This document shows, one piece after another, positions 1 to 9,130 of a DNA stretch of 64,000 bases. Origin of the DNA: an uncultured Planctomycetales bacterium. GTDB taxonomy: Bacteria; Omnitrophota; Gorgyraeia; Zapsychrales; CAYRXT01. Numbering within the stretch: the first letter of the stretch is position 1; the number at the start of each line of letters is the position of its first letter. A program made the position numbers and the translations under genes. The stretch covers positions 562 to 64,561 of the forward strand of contig CAYRXT010000012.1 of assembly GCA_964428315.1 (NCBI GenBank). The letters run 5' to 3'. The notes beneath the pieces are model-generated. The model had not been told where the DNA came from and did no database searches. It was given only the letters and a program-made list of their open reading frames with translations.

Positions 1-580
1 CCCGGAGGACGGAGGCCTTGAAATTCAGGAACTCCGATCGCGGACGGTGGAGGGGGAGGGAACGAACGCTTCTTGAGATCTCCGGAAACCAGTTGGCCAA
101 AAGGGGGTAAGTGCCGTAAGTGTCGACCAGGCTTTTTGCGCTGTACTTGTCCCCGGTGCCGAAGTCACCGATGGCGATGTCAGGCCCCTGGAGTTCGATA
201 AAGGTCCCGAGGTTGTCGTAAAATTCTACGTCCTCATTGACGTAATCCAGGTCGCCGGGAAGCTGGACGATCCTCCCGACATCGGGGTAATTGTCGAGAA
301 CGTGGCCCCAGCCGGCCAGCCAGGTCTGACAGGTGTCGACGGACCATGTCTGCACGACCTCGAGCGAGGGGTACCGTTCATCCTTCAGGAAAGAAACGGC
401 CCCTCCGCGTATGATCGTGTCCCGGGGCACCACGACAACGGGACGGGGGTCGATCTGTTTGCACCGGTCTACCGTCCACCAGAAATACCATTCGCACTGC
501 TCGTTGTTCTCATAGCCGCGGTAGGGAAAGATGATGACCGGTTTCGACTTGCTGTTGTCAGGGGCGTGTCCTTTTGACAT
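1..580 (-). CDS. Partial GT-A-fold glycosyltransferase-like protein, running off the window start
   Basis: Not in the ORF track. Manual translation from ATG 580 is open for 193 codons: MSKGHAPDNSKSKPVIIFPYRG...IVQLPGDLDYV...YPLLANWFPE...LHRPRSEF. It has an N-terminal IIFP strand, a DxD motif and a PxSEF motif as in glucosyl-3-phosphoglycerate/mannosylglycerate synthase-like GT-A proteins. It starts 19 nt after the MFS stop. Confidence 0.6.
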   Translation of the reverse strand, partial: MSKGHAPDNSKSKPVIIFPYRGYENNEQCEWYFWWTVDRCKQIDPRPVVVVPRDTIIRGGAVSFLKDERYPSLEVVQTWSVDTCQTWLAGWGHVLDNYPDVGRIVQLPGDLDYVNEDVEFYDNLGTFIELQGPDIAIGDFGTGDKYSAKSLVDTYGTYPLLANWFPEISRSVRSLPLHRPRSEFLNFKASVLR

Positions 581-599
581 GATGACTCTCAGTTCCCGG

Positions 600-2078
600 T
601 TACGCTTTTCCCCGTCGTTCCTCGAGCTGGCGGCGGATATCGTAGGCCTTGTCTTCCGTGAGGGTGATGGTCATGACGATGAAAAGCGCGGCGATGGACG
701 TCACGATGGGGATGCAGACATCGAAGATCCTCATCCACAGGAGCGTTTCGTTGGCCTGTCCCAGTCCGATTTCCTGCCTGAACCCGGTCCCGGTCAGGAG
801 CGCGCCCCCGATGAAGGAGGCGAGCGCCAGCCCCAGCTTGACCATCCACCAGTAGACCGCGCTGAACACCCCTTCGCGTCGCTCTCCGGTTTGAAGCTCG
901 TCGAGGTCGCAGACGTCGGCGACCATGGACAGACAGAGCGTAAAAAGAGATCCGAGTCCGAAGACAATGAAAGGCGCGCACATCAGCAGCAGGTAGGGCG
1001 TTTCCTGGTTGTAGCCGATCCATTTCATGGCGTAGCCGACGACCGAAATGGGTATCGTGATAAAAAAGGTGTTCCTCTTGCCGAGCTTTCCGGATATCCA
1101 CGGGATCAGGGCTATGACACCCACGGTGCAGACCGCGCTGAAGGTCCCGTACCATCCCAGGAGCTGGCCGCCCTGGGAATACGCCGAATCGAGGGTGGGG
1201 GCATGCTGGAAGACGTAGAAGAATATGACATACGCGATAAAGGTGGAGCTGAGCATGAAGCCGTTAAAGATGAGGAACGTGATCGCGCAGAGCTTGACGA
1301 ATTCCTTGTTCTTGAAGGTTATGCCGATGCCCCTGAACATATTGGCGATGACGTCCAGGAAGCTTTTCCCTTTCACGGGTTTGGGAAATTTGTCGAAGTG
1401 CTCCTTGTTATAGATGCCGGGGAGGATTCCCCCCAGGAGGACAACGGCCCCGATAATGACGGCCAGCACGCGCCCTCCCAGCACGATATCCGGCCCCCCG
1501 GTCTCGGGGTCGGGGAACCAGTTTTTGTTGTGCATGATCGCCCAGCACCAGGGCGCGACCAGCCAGGGGATCTGGGCGAATATCTTGCTGACGCTCTGCA
1601 GGCGGGTCCGTTCATGGTAGTCGGGGGTGAGCTCATACCCCAGCGCGATCCAGGGGATGGAATAACACGTGAACGCGGCGAAAAAGAGGATCTGGAAGAT
1701 CAGGAAATACCAGAAATAATACACCTCGCTGTGCCCCCGGTACAGCTGAAACATCAACGCGTAGCAGATGCCCGCCGCGATCGCGCCGAAGAATATGAAC
1801 GGCCTGCGGCGACCGTATCTCGTGCGCGCGTTATCCGAACTGTAACCGATTATGGGATCCAGGACAGCGTCGAAGATGCGCGGGATGCATCCGATAACCC
1901 CGACGAGAAATGGATTCACCCCCAGGCCGAGGTTCAGGACGATGATCATCTGTCCGATAAAAGCGGCCTGGCTGTCGTTGGCCAGGGAACCCATCCCGTA
2001 TATGAACTTCTGAAAGAGGGGGATGCGGTCCTCCGGTGCGGTAACGTGGCGGGTTGACGGGGTTTGAGACTGAGCCAT
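600..2078 (-). CDS. MFS transporter, glycoside-pentoside-hexuronide (GPH) family
   Basis: About 12 TM segments; motifs PRIFDAVLDPIIGYSSDNARTRYGRRRPF, ELTPDYHERT and MVADVCDLDELQTGERREG. Confidence 0.92.
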   Translation of the reverse strand: MAQSQTPSTRHVTAPEDRIPLFQKFIYGMGSLANDSQAAFIGQMIIVLNLGLGVNPFLVGVIGCIPRIFDAVLDPIIGYSSDNARTRYGRRRPFIFFGAIAAGICYALMFQLYRGHSEVYYFWYFLIFQILFFAAFTCYSIPWIALGYELTPDYHERTRLQSVSKIFAQIPWLVAPWCWAIMHNKNWFPDPETGGPDIVLGGRVLAVIIGAVVLLGGILPGIYNKEHFDKFPKPVKGKSFLDVIANMFRGIGITFKNKEFVKLCAITFLIFNGFMLSSTFIAYVIFFYVFQHAPTLDSAYSQGGQLLGWYGTFSAVCTVGVIALIPWISGKLGKRNTFFITIPISVVGYAMKWIGYNQETPYLLLMCAPFIVFGLGSLFTLCLSMVADVCDLDELQTGERREGVFSAVYWWMVKLGLALASFIGGALLTGTGFRQEIGLGQANETLLWMRIFDVCIPIVTSIAALFIVMTITLTEDKAYDIRRQLEERRGKA

Positions 2079-2313
2079 TGAGACCTCCGTTTAAATGAGT
2101 TCAAGAAACATAAAATTAAAGCGGCGCAATAAGTTGCAGCGGAATCGGGACCCGGTGCGCTGTCCCGATCAGAATGAGGATGGCAGGTGCCGGCAACGCC
2201 CGATTTTTTCCAGCAGCGCCGCATTATAACAAAAAAATAAGTCATAAACAATATTATTTCGAAAACAACTCACGTATAATTATAGAATAATTCGGAGAAA
2301 CCTTATTAATTAT

Positions 2314-2342
2314 GCAACTTTCTGCCCCCCGCAAATGTCTAA
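2314..2342 (+). promoter_or_regulatory. ECF (sigmaE-type) promoter, probably autoregulatory
   Basis: GCAACTT-N16-GTCTAA directly upstream of the ECF sigma gene, close to the GGAACTT-N16-GTCTAA consensus. Confidence 0.65.
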
Positions 2343-2370
2343 TATAAATGAAGACGCCATCAAAGACGAT

Positions 2371-2943
2371 ATGCGCCGCGTGAACAGGGACATCCCCGAA
2401 GACATCATCCGCCGGGCGCAGGCCGGCGATGTTCGCGCCTTCGAGGAGGTTTACCGCCGTTACGGCAGGGACGTTTACGCGATCAGCCTGAGGATCCTGG
2501 CGAACACCTCCGACGCGCAGGACGTGACACAAGACGTGTTCGTGACGCTTTTTCGCAAATTGAAGGATTTCCGGTTCAAGGCGGCGCTTAGGACATGGAT
2601 CTACCGCGTCGCAATCAATGCCGCGCTTAATTGCCGGAAAAAGCGGGCGAGGACCGCCGGCCGCCAGGTCAACCTGGAAGATTACCCCGCGGCGGGCGCG
2701 GGCGCGCCCGAGGCGCAAAACCAGGCGGACAATGAGGCTCGCATGCGCCTTGCCGCCGCGCTCATGGACAGGCTTAACCCCGGACAAAAGGCCTGCCTTG
2801 TCCTGCGCAGTATTGAAGGGATGAGTTACCGGGAAATCGCCCAGACGCTCAATATCGGCATCAACACGGTGCGCTCCCGGATCCGGCGGGCGCGCCTGAC
2901 CCTGCTGGCCTTAAGACATGAGGAGACGGAAGGTGAACTGTAG
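2371..2943 (+). CDS. ECF RNA polymerase sigma-70 factor
   Basis: Region 2 DAQDVTQDVF...TWIYRVAIN and region 4 EGMSYREIAQTLNIGINTVRSRIRRAR. Start moved from 2335 to 2371 (or GTG 2380) because the -10 box overlaps the 2335 ATG. Confidence 0.93.
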   Translation: MRRVNRDIPEDIIRRAQAGDVRAFEEVYRRYGRDVYAISLRILANTSDAQDVTQDVFVTLFRKLKDFRFKAALRTWIYRVAINAALNCRKKRARTAGRQVNLEDYPAAGAGAPEAQNQADNEARMRLAAALMDRLNPGQKACLVLRSIEGMSYREIAQTLNIGINTVRSRIRRARLTLLALRHEETEGEL

Positions 2944-3424
2944 AAAGGCACGGAATATAATATTGACAGATTATATCGACGGCGCGCTCTCCAAAAAAGA
3001 CGATGATGCCCTTGAGTCGCATCTGTCCGCGTGCGAAAAATGCCGTGTCCTGGCCGCGGAAGCCCGGCGGACGCTCCGAGATCCGTTTCCGGAAGCGTAT
3101 AACCCCGTACCGCCGGAGGCCATCTGGCGGAACATCGAAAGACAGATCATCGCGGAGCCGCGTGCCGCCTTCCGGCGCCAAGGTATACCGGTATGGGACC
3201 GGCTGGCCGGTCTTCGTCTGCCGTCCGTGTACCGTTGGGCACTGGCATCCGCCCTGGCGTTTTTGGTTGCCTTGACCGTTTTTCACCGGCCGGCACCGCG
3301 GCAGACGGCAGACGTAGAAGAGATGGACAAGGAGATTTCATACATCGCCTATATGCTGGATGAGGCCGCGCCGGAAGAATCCACCGAGGGTTACGGGACG
3401 GTCATTGAAGAATATTTCCTTTAG
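2933..3424 (+). CDS. Zinc-binding (zf-HC2) membrane anti-sigma factor
   Basis: HxxxCxxC motif (HLSACEKC) and one TM helix; the GTG start overlaps the end of the sigma gene. Confidence 0.85.
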   Translation: MNCRKARNIILTDYIDGALSKKDDDALESHLSACEKCRVLAAEARRTLRDPFPEAYNPVPPEAIWRNIERQIIAEPRAAFRRQGIPVWDRLAGLRLPSVYRWALASALAFLVALTVFHRPAPRQTADVEEMDKEISYIAYMLDEAAPEESTEGYGTVIEEYFL

Positions 3425-3485
3425 GGGCGGACGCGGCCCTGGGAGAAACGGCCTGAATCAAGTGACGAAACAAAAGGAGGCCCTC

Positions 3486-3962
3486 ATGAAAAGAAAAATC
3501 GTGATTCTGTGTGTTCTGTCTGGATTCGCGGGACTGACCCTATTGACGGCCCCGGCCGGCGCCGGTGAATGGATGACCCGGGACCGGAAGGCCCGGTGGG
3601 AAAAGAAGAGGAGCGCCCTCTACGCCGAAATCGGTCTTAGCCCGGAACAGGAGTCCGCGCTTAAGGAGAACCGCAGGACCTATCTAGCCGAGATGAAGAA
3701 GATCTACGCCGGGATAAAGGACAAAAGAGAAGCCGTGCGACGTGAATTGCGTAAACCCGAACTGGACCTGCAGCGCGTCAGGCAGCTGCACGGTGAGTTC
3801 AAGGAGCTCAAGGCGCAGAAGGATGACCGCCGCCTGGAAGGGATCCTGGAGGTCCGCGGCATCCTGACGGCCGAACAGTTTTCCCGTTTTCTGGACATGA
3901 AGGACAGGGCCAAAGAGGGGAGACAACAGAAACGATACGACCGAAAAGGAGGCGTACAATGA
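3486..3962 (+). CDS. Spy/CpxP-like periplasmic protein
   Basis: AAGGAGG RBS, signal peptide, LSPEQ and LTAEQ (LTxxQ) motifs, helical and charged. Confidence 0.8.
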   Translation: MKRKIVILCVLSGFAGLTLLTAPAGAGEWMTRDRKARWEKKRSALYAEIGLSPEQESALKENRRTYLAEMKKIYAGIKDKREAVRRELRKPELDLQRVRQLHGEFKELKAQKDDRRLEGILEVRGILTAEQFSRFLDMKDRAKEGRQQKRYDRKGGVQ

Positions 3963-4450
3963 GGAGATTCTCGCTTATTCTTTTTTTGTCGGCCGCGATA
4001 TGCGCGCTGACGGTGAACACGGCCTCGGCCAGGGATTGGGGAAGACAAGGCAAAGCACACGGCCTATCACTCGAGCACAAGGTCTACAAGAAAGTCATGA
4101 TGATCAAGCATAGACAGGACGAACTGAAATTTTCCGATGAGGACGTCCAGAAGGCGTATGACCTGAAGACCGCGCTTAAGAAGGACCTCATCAAACTCGA
4201 GACCGATCTGGACATTGTGGCGCTGGACATCGACAAGGCCATGAGGGCCAAGACCCCTGACGCGCAGGCCATCAGCAAATTGATCGACGAAAAGTATGAG
4301 ATCAAGAAAAAGAAGGCCAAGCGCGCCCTGGAGGCCTACATTGCCGTGAAGGCCATGTTCAGCGAAGAGCAGAGGGCGAAGCTCAGGAGCCTCTACAAGC
4401 AAAAGAAGTTCGGGAATAAAGCCCCGGGCCGGCGTTCATCAGGAAAATGA
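3959..4450 (+). CDS. Second Spy/CpxP-like periplasmic protein
   Basis: Signal peptide, FSDED/FSEEQ degenerate LTxxQ motifs, ATGA overlap with the previous gene. Confidence 0.7.
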   Translation: MRRFSLILFLSAAICALTVNTASARDWGRQGKAHGLSLEHKVYKKVMMIKHRQDELKFSDEDVQKAYDLKTALKKDLIKLETDLDIVALDIDKAMRAKTPDAQAISKLIDEKYEIKKKKAKRALEAYIAVKAMFSEEQRAKLRSLYKQKKFGNKAPGRRSSGK

Positions 4451-4458
4451 CAGTATTA

Positions 4459-4520
4459 AGGGGCAGACGTTTTTATGCTGATAATTTCACGCAAAATACA
4501 TGTAAAAGACGTCTGCCCCT
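4459..4520. repeat. Intergenic inverted repeat (hairpin, possibly REP-like)
   Basis: AGGGGCAGACGT/ACGTCTGCCCCT forms a 12-bp perfect stem, extended by TTTTA/TAAAA past a 1-nt bulge. Confidence 0.75.
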
Positions 4521-4536
4521 GATATTATAAAGAATT

Positions 4537-7500
4537 ATGCTCACGAAGATCATCGCCTATTTTGTCGACAGGCACCTGTTGACCAACCTCATCTTCATCG
4601 CCGTCATCGTCGGGGGGATCGTCAGCTGGCGGCACATTAAAAAAGAAGAGATGCCCGACGTCACCTTCGACCGGGTGCGCATCTCCGCCGCCTATCCCGG
4701 GGCCACGGCCGAAGAGGTCGAGCACTTTGTGACGAAGGAGATCGAAGAGTCCGTCGAGGGCCTCGACGGGGTTTACCGGGTGACCAGCAGCGCGAGCCAG
4801 GGGGCGACCTCCGTTACCGTCGAGCTGGAACAGGGGTACCCCAGGAGAGACGAGGCCATCACCGAGATCCGCAACGCCGTTCTGGACGTGGCCCTGCCCG
4901 AAGACGTCCGTGATGACCCCTCGGTGCGGGTCTTCGAGACCTCCAAAAAGGCCATCCTTGATGTGGTCCTGCTGTACAAAGACGCCCACCTGATGTCCAC
5001 CGAGCAACGCCAGGTCCTTCAGACTTACGCGGCCGCCCTGGAAAACCATCTCCTGAACCTGCCGCAGGTCAACAGCGTCAACCGCTCCGGTTATTTTCAG
5101 GAAGAGATCCAGATCAAGGTGGATCCCCAGAAGCTGATCCGCTACGACATCCCCCTAAGCCAGGTCAGAAACGAGGTCACCGCCAACCATGCCCGCCAGC
5201 CCGCCGGGCACATCGAGGTCAAAGACGAACCGAAGGTCACCATCAGCGCACAGCTGGATACGCCGGAGAAGCTTGAAGGGCTCTTCATCCAGGCCGGTTT
5301 CGAGGGCAAGGCGGTCCCCTTGAAGGAGATCGCCGAGGTGCGTTACGGTTTCAACAAGGAGAAAGAGATCATCAAGGTCAACGGCCACGAGGCGGTGATC
5401 TTTAACGTGGTCAAGAACACCTCCTACGGGATCCTTGAGTCGCTCGAGGCGGTCAAGAAAGTCACGCGGCGTTTCCGGGAGACCCATCTGAAGGACGCTC
5501 CCGTCGATCTCGCGCTTCTGGACGATGAATCCATCGACGTGCGTAACCGCCTTAACATTATTTCTCAGAACGGTCTTATCGGTTTTTTTCTGATCCTGGC
5601 CCTGCTGTTCCTGTTTCTGAACAGACGTTCGGGTTTTTGGGTGGCGATGGGGATCCCGTTCACTGTCTGTTTTACGCTGATCATGGCCGTGATCCTTGGA
5701 TACACCATCAACAACACGACGCTGGCGGCGGTGATCATCGTTATGGGGATGGTCGTGGACGACGCCATTGTGGTCGCCGAAAACATCGCGCGTCTGCGCG
5801 CCGGGGGCATGCCGTCGCGCGAGGCCGCGATCGAGGGCACGGCCAAGGTCTTCCTGCCGGTTGTGGCCAGCATCGTCACGACCTGCGTCGCGTTTATCCC
5901 GCTGTTTTATTTTTCCGGACGTTTCGGGCAGATCAACAGCTTTATCCCGCCCATCATCTTCATGATGCTCGGCGCGAGCCTTTTCGAATCTCTGATCATC
6001 CTTCCCGGGCACCTTCATTTTGAGGGCTTTAGTTTCAAAAAACGGAATACCCCGGCCGGCATGGCCAACCCCGCGGTCAAACACTGGTTTGATGCCGTCG
6101 AGGACAGGTACGGACGGATTTTACAAAAAGTTCTGCCTTTGAAACATTTTGTGTTTTTGGGTTTTATTTTTCTGCTGGCCCTGTCTTTCTGGATCATGAC
6201 TGCGAGGATGAAGTTCGTCATGTTCCCCCATGAGGAGACAAGGGACATCGTGATCTCCGGCAAGGCCGGACCTCAGGCCGACCGGTTTGAAACCGCGGCT
6301 ATGACTCAACAGATTGAAGAGATGCTCAGGCCGTATTTGGGCAAAGAGGTCGTGGGCTACCGCACACAAATCGCGCGCAGCCGCCGGGGCGGGGCCGTCG
6401 AGGAGAACAAGTTCCGCATGCTCGTCGAGATCGTGCCCAGGGAAAAACGGCAAAAGAGCGCGGACCAGCTGGTCAGGCGGTGGGAGCCGCAGGCGCAGGC
6501 GATCGAAGGCATGACGGAGCTTGTCGTGCAGAAAAGCCGGTGGGGCCATTCCAGCGGCAGTCCGATCGAGGTCCTGATCCAGGAGAACAATGACGCCCTG
6601 CGCGCGAGGGCCGCCGATAGTCTTTCCGAGGCGATGAAGAGGCATCCCGCCCTGGAGAACGTGGAGATCGAGGCCCCGATCCGGATCCCGGAATACAAGA
6701 TCGATTTCAGGCGCGAGAAGATCAAGCGGCTTTCCATCAGCCCGTCGACCCTGACATCGACCTTCCGCAGCGCGCTGGAAGGCTCGATCCTTTACGAATT
6801 CCCCAGGGGCGATGAGGAGGTGGACGTGCGGCTTTCGGCGAAAGATGAATCCAAGACGGACATCGGGACCATCCTTCAGATCCCGGTCGAGAATAACCGC
6901 GGATACCTTGTGCCGCTGGGGGATCTCGTCAATGTTCAGGAAACCACGACGCCCAACTCGATTTCACGGCGGGACGGCAAACGGACGACCACCGTTTACG
7001 CCGACATCAGACCGAAGGCGGGGATGACGCCGCTTGAAGTGGCCGAAGACCTGGAGCAAACAGCCTTTGTCGAAATGGCCAACGAACAGCCGACCTCGAC
7101 GCTGTCCTTCGCCGGCGAGATTTACGATACGCGGGAGTCCCAGGGAGATTTCAGCAACGCGGTTATCCTTGTCCTCCTTTTGATCTTCGCGATCCTGGCG
7201 GTCCTGTACAATTCCCTGACCCGGCCGCTGATCATCATGCTGGCGATCCCCTTCGGCGTGGTAGGCGTGATACTGGCCTTTTTACTTCACGGAAAGATCC
7301 TTTACGGGTTCTTCGCCGCGGTCGGCGCCCTTGGTCTGGCGGGGGTGGTCATCAACGATTCGATCATCATGCTCGCCAAACTCGACGAAGAGGTGTATGC
7401 CAAAAACAGGGAGGAGGCCCGCGGGCAGATCCCGGACGTCGCCAAGACGCGTCTTCGCGCCGTGGTCCTGACCACAGTGACCACTGTCGCCGGCGTTTTT

Positions 7501-7665
7501 CCGACGGCGTACGGCCTGGCGGGCTATGACGCCATGCTGGCGGAGATGATGCTGGCCCTGGGATGGGGACTCATATTCGGAACGCTCATCACCCTGGTCC
7601 TGGTCCCGTGCATGTACAGCGCGATCCTGGACATGCGTTTTAAAATGGAGAAGGCATTGACATGA
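4537..7665 (+). CDS. RND efflux permease (AcrB/AcrD/AcrF family)
   Basis: 1042 aa; YPGATAEEVE, TM4 GMVVDDAIVVAENI, TM11 RLRAVVLTTVTT. Confidence 0.95.
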   Translation: MLTKIIAYFVDRHLLTNLIFIAVIVGGIVSWRHIKKEEMPDVTFDRVRISAAYPGATAEEVEHFVTKEIEESVEGLDGVYRVTSSASQGATSVTVELEQGYPRRDEAITEIRNAVLDVALPEDVRDDPSVRVFETSKKAILDVVLLYKDAHLMSTEQRQVLQTYAAALENHLLNLPQVNSVNRSGYFQEEIQIKVDPQKLIRYDIPLSQVRNEVTANHARQPAGHIEVKDEPKVTISAQLDTPEKLEGLFIQAGFEGKAVPLKEIAEVRYGFNKEKEIIKVNGHEAVIFNVVKNTSYGILESLEAVKKVTRRFRETHLKDAPVDLALLDDESIDVRNRLNIISQNGLIGFFLILALLFLFLNRRSGFWVAMGIPFTVCFTLIMAVILGYTINNTTLAAVIIVMGMVVDDAIVVAENIARLRAGGMPSREAAIEGTAKVFLPVVASIVTTCVAFIPLFYFSGRFGQINSFIPPIIFMMLGASLFESLIILPGHLHFEGFSFKKRNTPAGMANPAVKHWFDAVEDRYGRILQKVLPLKHFVFLGFIFLLALSFWIMTARMKFVMFPHEETRDIVISGKAGPQADRFETAAMTQQIEEMLRPYLGKEVVGYRTQIARSRRGGAVEENKFRMLVEIVPREKRQKSADQLVRRWEPQAQAIEGMTELVVQKSRWGHSSGSPIEVLIQENNDALRARAADSLSEAMKRHPALENVEIEAPIRIPEYKIDFRREKIKRLSISPSTLTSTFRSALEGSILYEFPRGDEEVDVRLSAKDESKTDIGTILQIPVENNRGYLVPLGDLVNVQETTTPNSISRRDGKRTTTVYADIRPKAGMTPLEVAEDLEQTAFVEMANEQPTSTLSFAGEIYDTRESQGDFSNAVILVLLLIFAILAVLYNSLTRPLIIMLAIPFGVVGVILAFLLHGKILYGFFAAVGALGLAGVVINDSIIMLAKLDEEVYAKNREEARGQIPDVAKTRLRAVVLTTVTTVAGVFPTAYGLAGYDAMLAEMMLALGWGLIFGTLITLVLVPCMYSAILDMRFKMEKALT

Positions 7666-9116
7666 AAAGGCTCCGATTGAGAATCCGACCGCTTGTTCTT
7701 TTGCTGACACTGGGACTGCTGGCGGGAGGCGGCGGTCAGGCCGCCGACGGCCCGCTTCCGGGACAGGAAGGCACGCCTGCGGTTAAACCTGAACCCGCAG
7801 AAGATCAGGACAACGTCCTGGGGCTTGACGAATTTATTGTGCTGGCCACGGGCAGGGACACGGAGTTTGAGGAGATCCTGATCGACGAGCTGACCCTGCA
7901 GTACCAAAAGGCCCTGCTCCTCCCGGCCGGGGATATCGTGCTTTCGGTCAAACACCAGCATGAATTTTTTCTCAGCCAGGACCGTGATTCGCCCGACACG
8001 ACAGTCTCGTTAAGCAAACTCTTTCCCTTTACGGGCACGGAGATCGGCGTGGACTATGAGGCCGGGGCCGGTGTCTCATCGGCGTCGATTTCATCGAGCG
8101 CCGGCTTTTCCATCAGCCAGCCGGTCGCCCGGAACGCCTTCGGCCGCTCCACGCGCCTGCTCGACAAGATCATCGGGCTGGAGGTGGAGGTCGCGCGCCA
8201 CCAGGTCATCGAGGCCTATGAGGATTACATGGCCGTGATCCTGACGGCCTACTATAACTGGTATGAAGACTACGAGAGCCTCAAGGTCGGCAGGTCCGCC
8301 TACCGGTCGAATGTTCAGCTTTTGGACAACATGTTCGAGCGACAGAGGCAGAAGATCGCCCTGCCCGTCGACGTCAACAAAGTCAGACTGCAGGTCCTTG
8401 CCAAGCAAGAGCGGCTCATCGAACTTGAGGAACAATATCAGAACAGCCTCAATGTCATCGAACGCATCATCCGCTACGAGGGAGATCCTCCTCTGGCGCC
8501 CGCCGTCCCCCGGGCGATGGGTTCACGGGAAGAGGGCTTCGGACCGGCGTTCGAGGCCTTCCGCGAAGAGAGCCGCACGTTCGACATCCTGGGCCGGCTG
8601 GAGGAGCGGTCTTCTCTCCAGGTCGAACGGGACGCCGACGCGCTCCTGCCCTCCATCAATCTGCTGGCCGGTTACGAACTCAGCGGGGAGGAATACGGCG
8701 TCACCGGTGAAGAAGACTTTGTTTACGCCGGGGTGGAGGTGGACTGGCCGCTTCCCGACCGGGTCGACCGCGCCCGGTTCGAGACTTCAAAGATACTAGA
8801 GCGCCGCACGCGGCTTTCCACGGTCAATACGTACCACCGTCTTTACACGCAGCTGCGCAACCTCTACCTCCAGATGGAGCGCGAGGAAAAGCTTATCCGG
8901 ATCGCCGATGAACGCATCGCGCTGGCGGAATCGGTGCTCGAAGACGAGGCGGAAAATTATTCCTTCGGCAAGATCACGTTGAACGACTACATCCAGGCCG
9001 TCAACGCGCTGGATACCAACCGGTTCAACAAGATCACCCACGAATCCCTCCACAAAAAGCTCCTCGTCGAATGGCTGAGGCTCACCGACCGGCTGGTCCG
9101 TGACGCGGATAGATAG
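7662..9116 (+). CDS. TolC-family outer membrane efflux protein
   Basis: Signal peptide, two helical/beta repeats (LLPSINLLAGY, ENYSFGKITLNDY), translationally coupled to the RND gene. Confidence 0.85.
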   Translation: MKRLRLRIRPLVLLLTLGLLAGGGGQAADGPLPGQEGTPAVKPEPAEDQDNVLGLDEFIVLATGRDTEFEEILIDELTLQYQKALLLPAGDIVLSVKHQHEFFLSQDRDSPDTTVSLSKLFPFTGTEIGVDYEAGAGVSSASISSSAGFSISQPVARNAFGRSTRLLDKIIGLEVEVARHQVIEAYEDYMAVILTAYYNWYEDYESLKVGRSAYRSNVQLLDNMFERQRQKIALPVDVNKVRLQVLAKQERLIELEEQYQNSLNVIERIIRYEGDPPLAPAVPRAMGSREEGFGPAFEAFREESRTFDILGRLEERSSLQVERDADALLPSINLLAGYELSGEEYGVTGEEDFVYAGVEVDWPLPDRVDRARFETSKILERRTRLSTVNTYHRLYTQLRNLYLQMEREEKLIRIADERIALAESVLEDEAENYSFGKITLNDYIQAVNALDTNRFNKITHESLHKKLLVEWLRLTDRLVRDADR

Positions 9117-9130
9117 AAACAGGGCCAGCC

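Noticed and set aside
531-2057. 508-aa + strand ORF and similar long shadow ORFs (e.g. 38459..39832, 5155..6084, 55498..56454)
   Set aside because: They are antisense to well-supported genes, have no recognisable motifs, and are typical of GC-rich codon bias.
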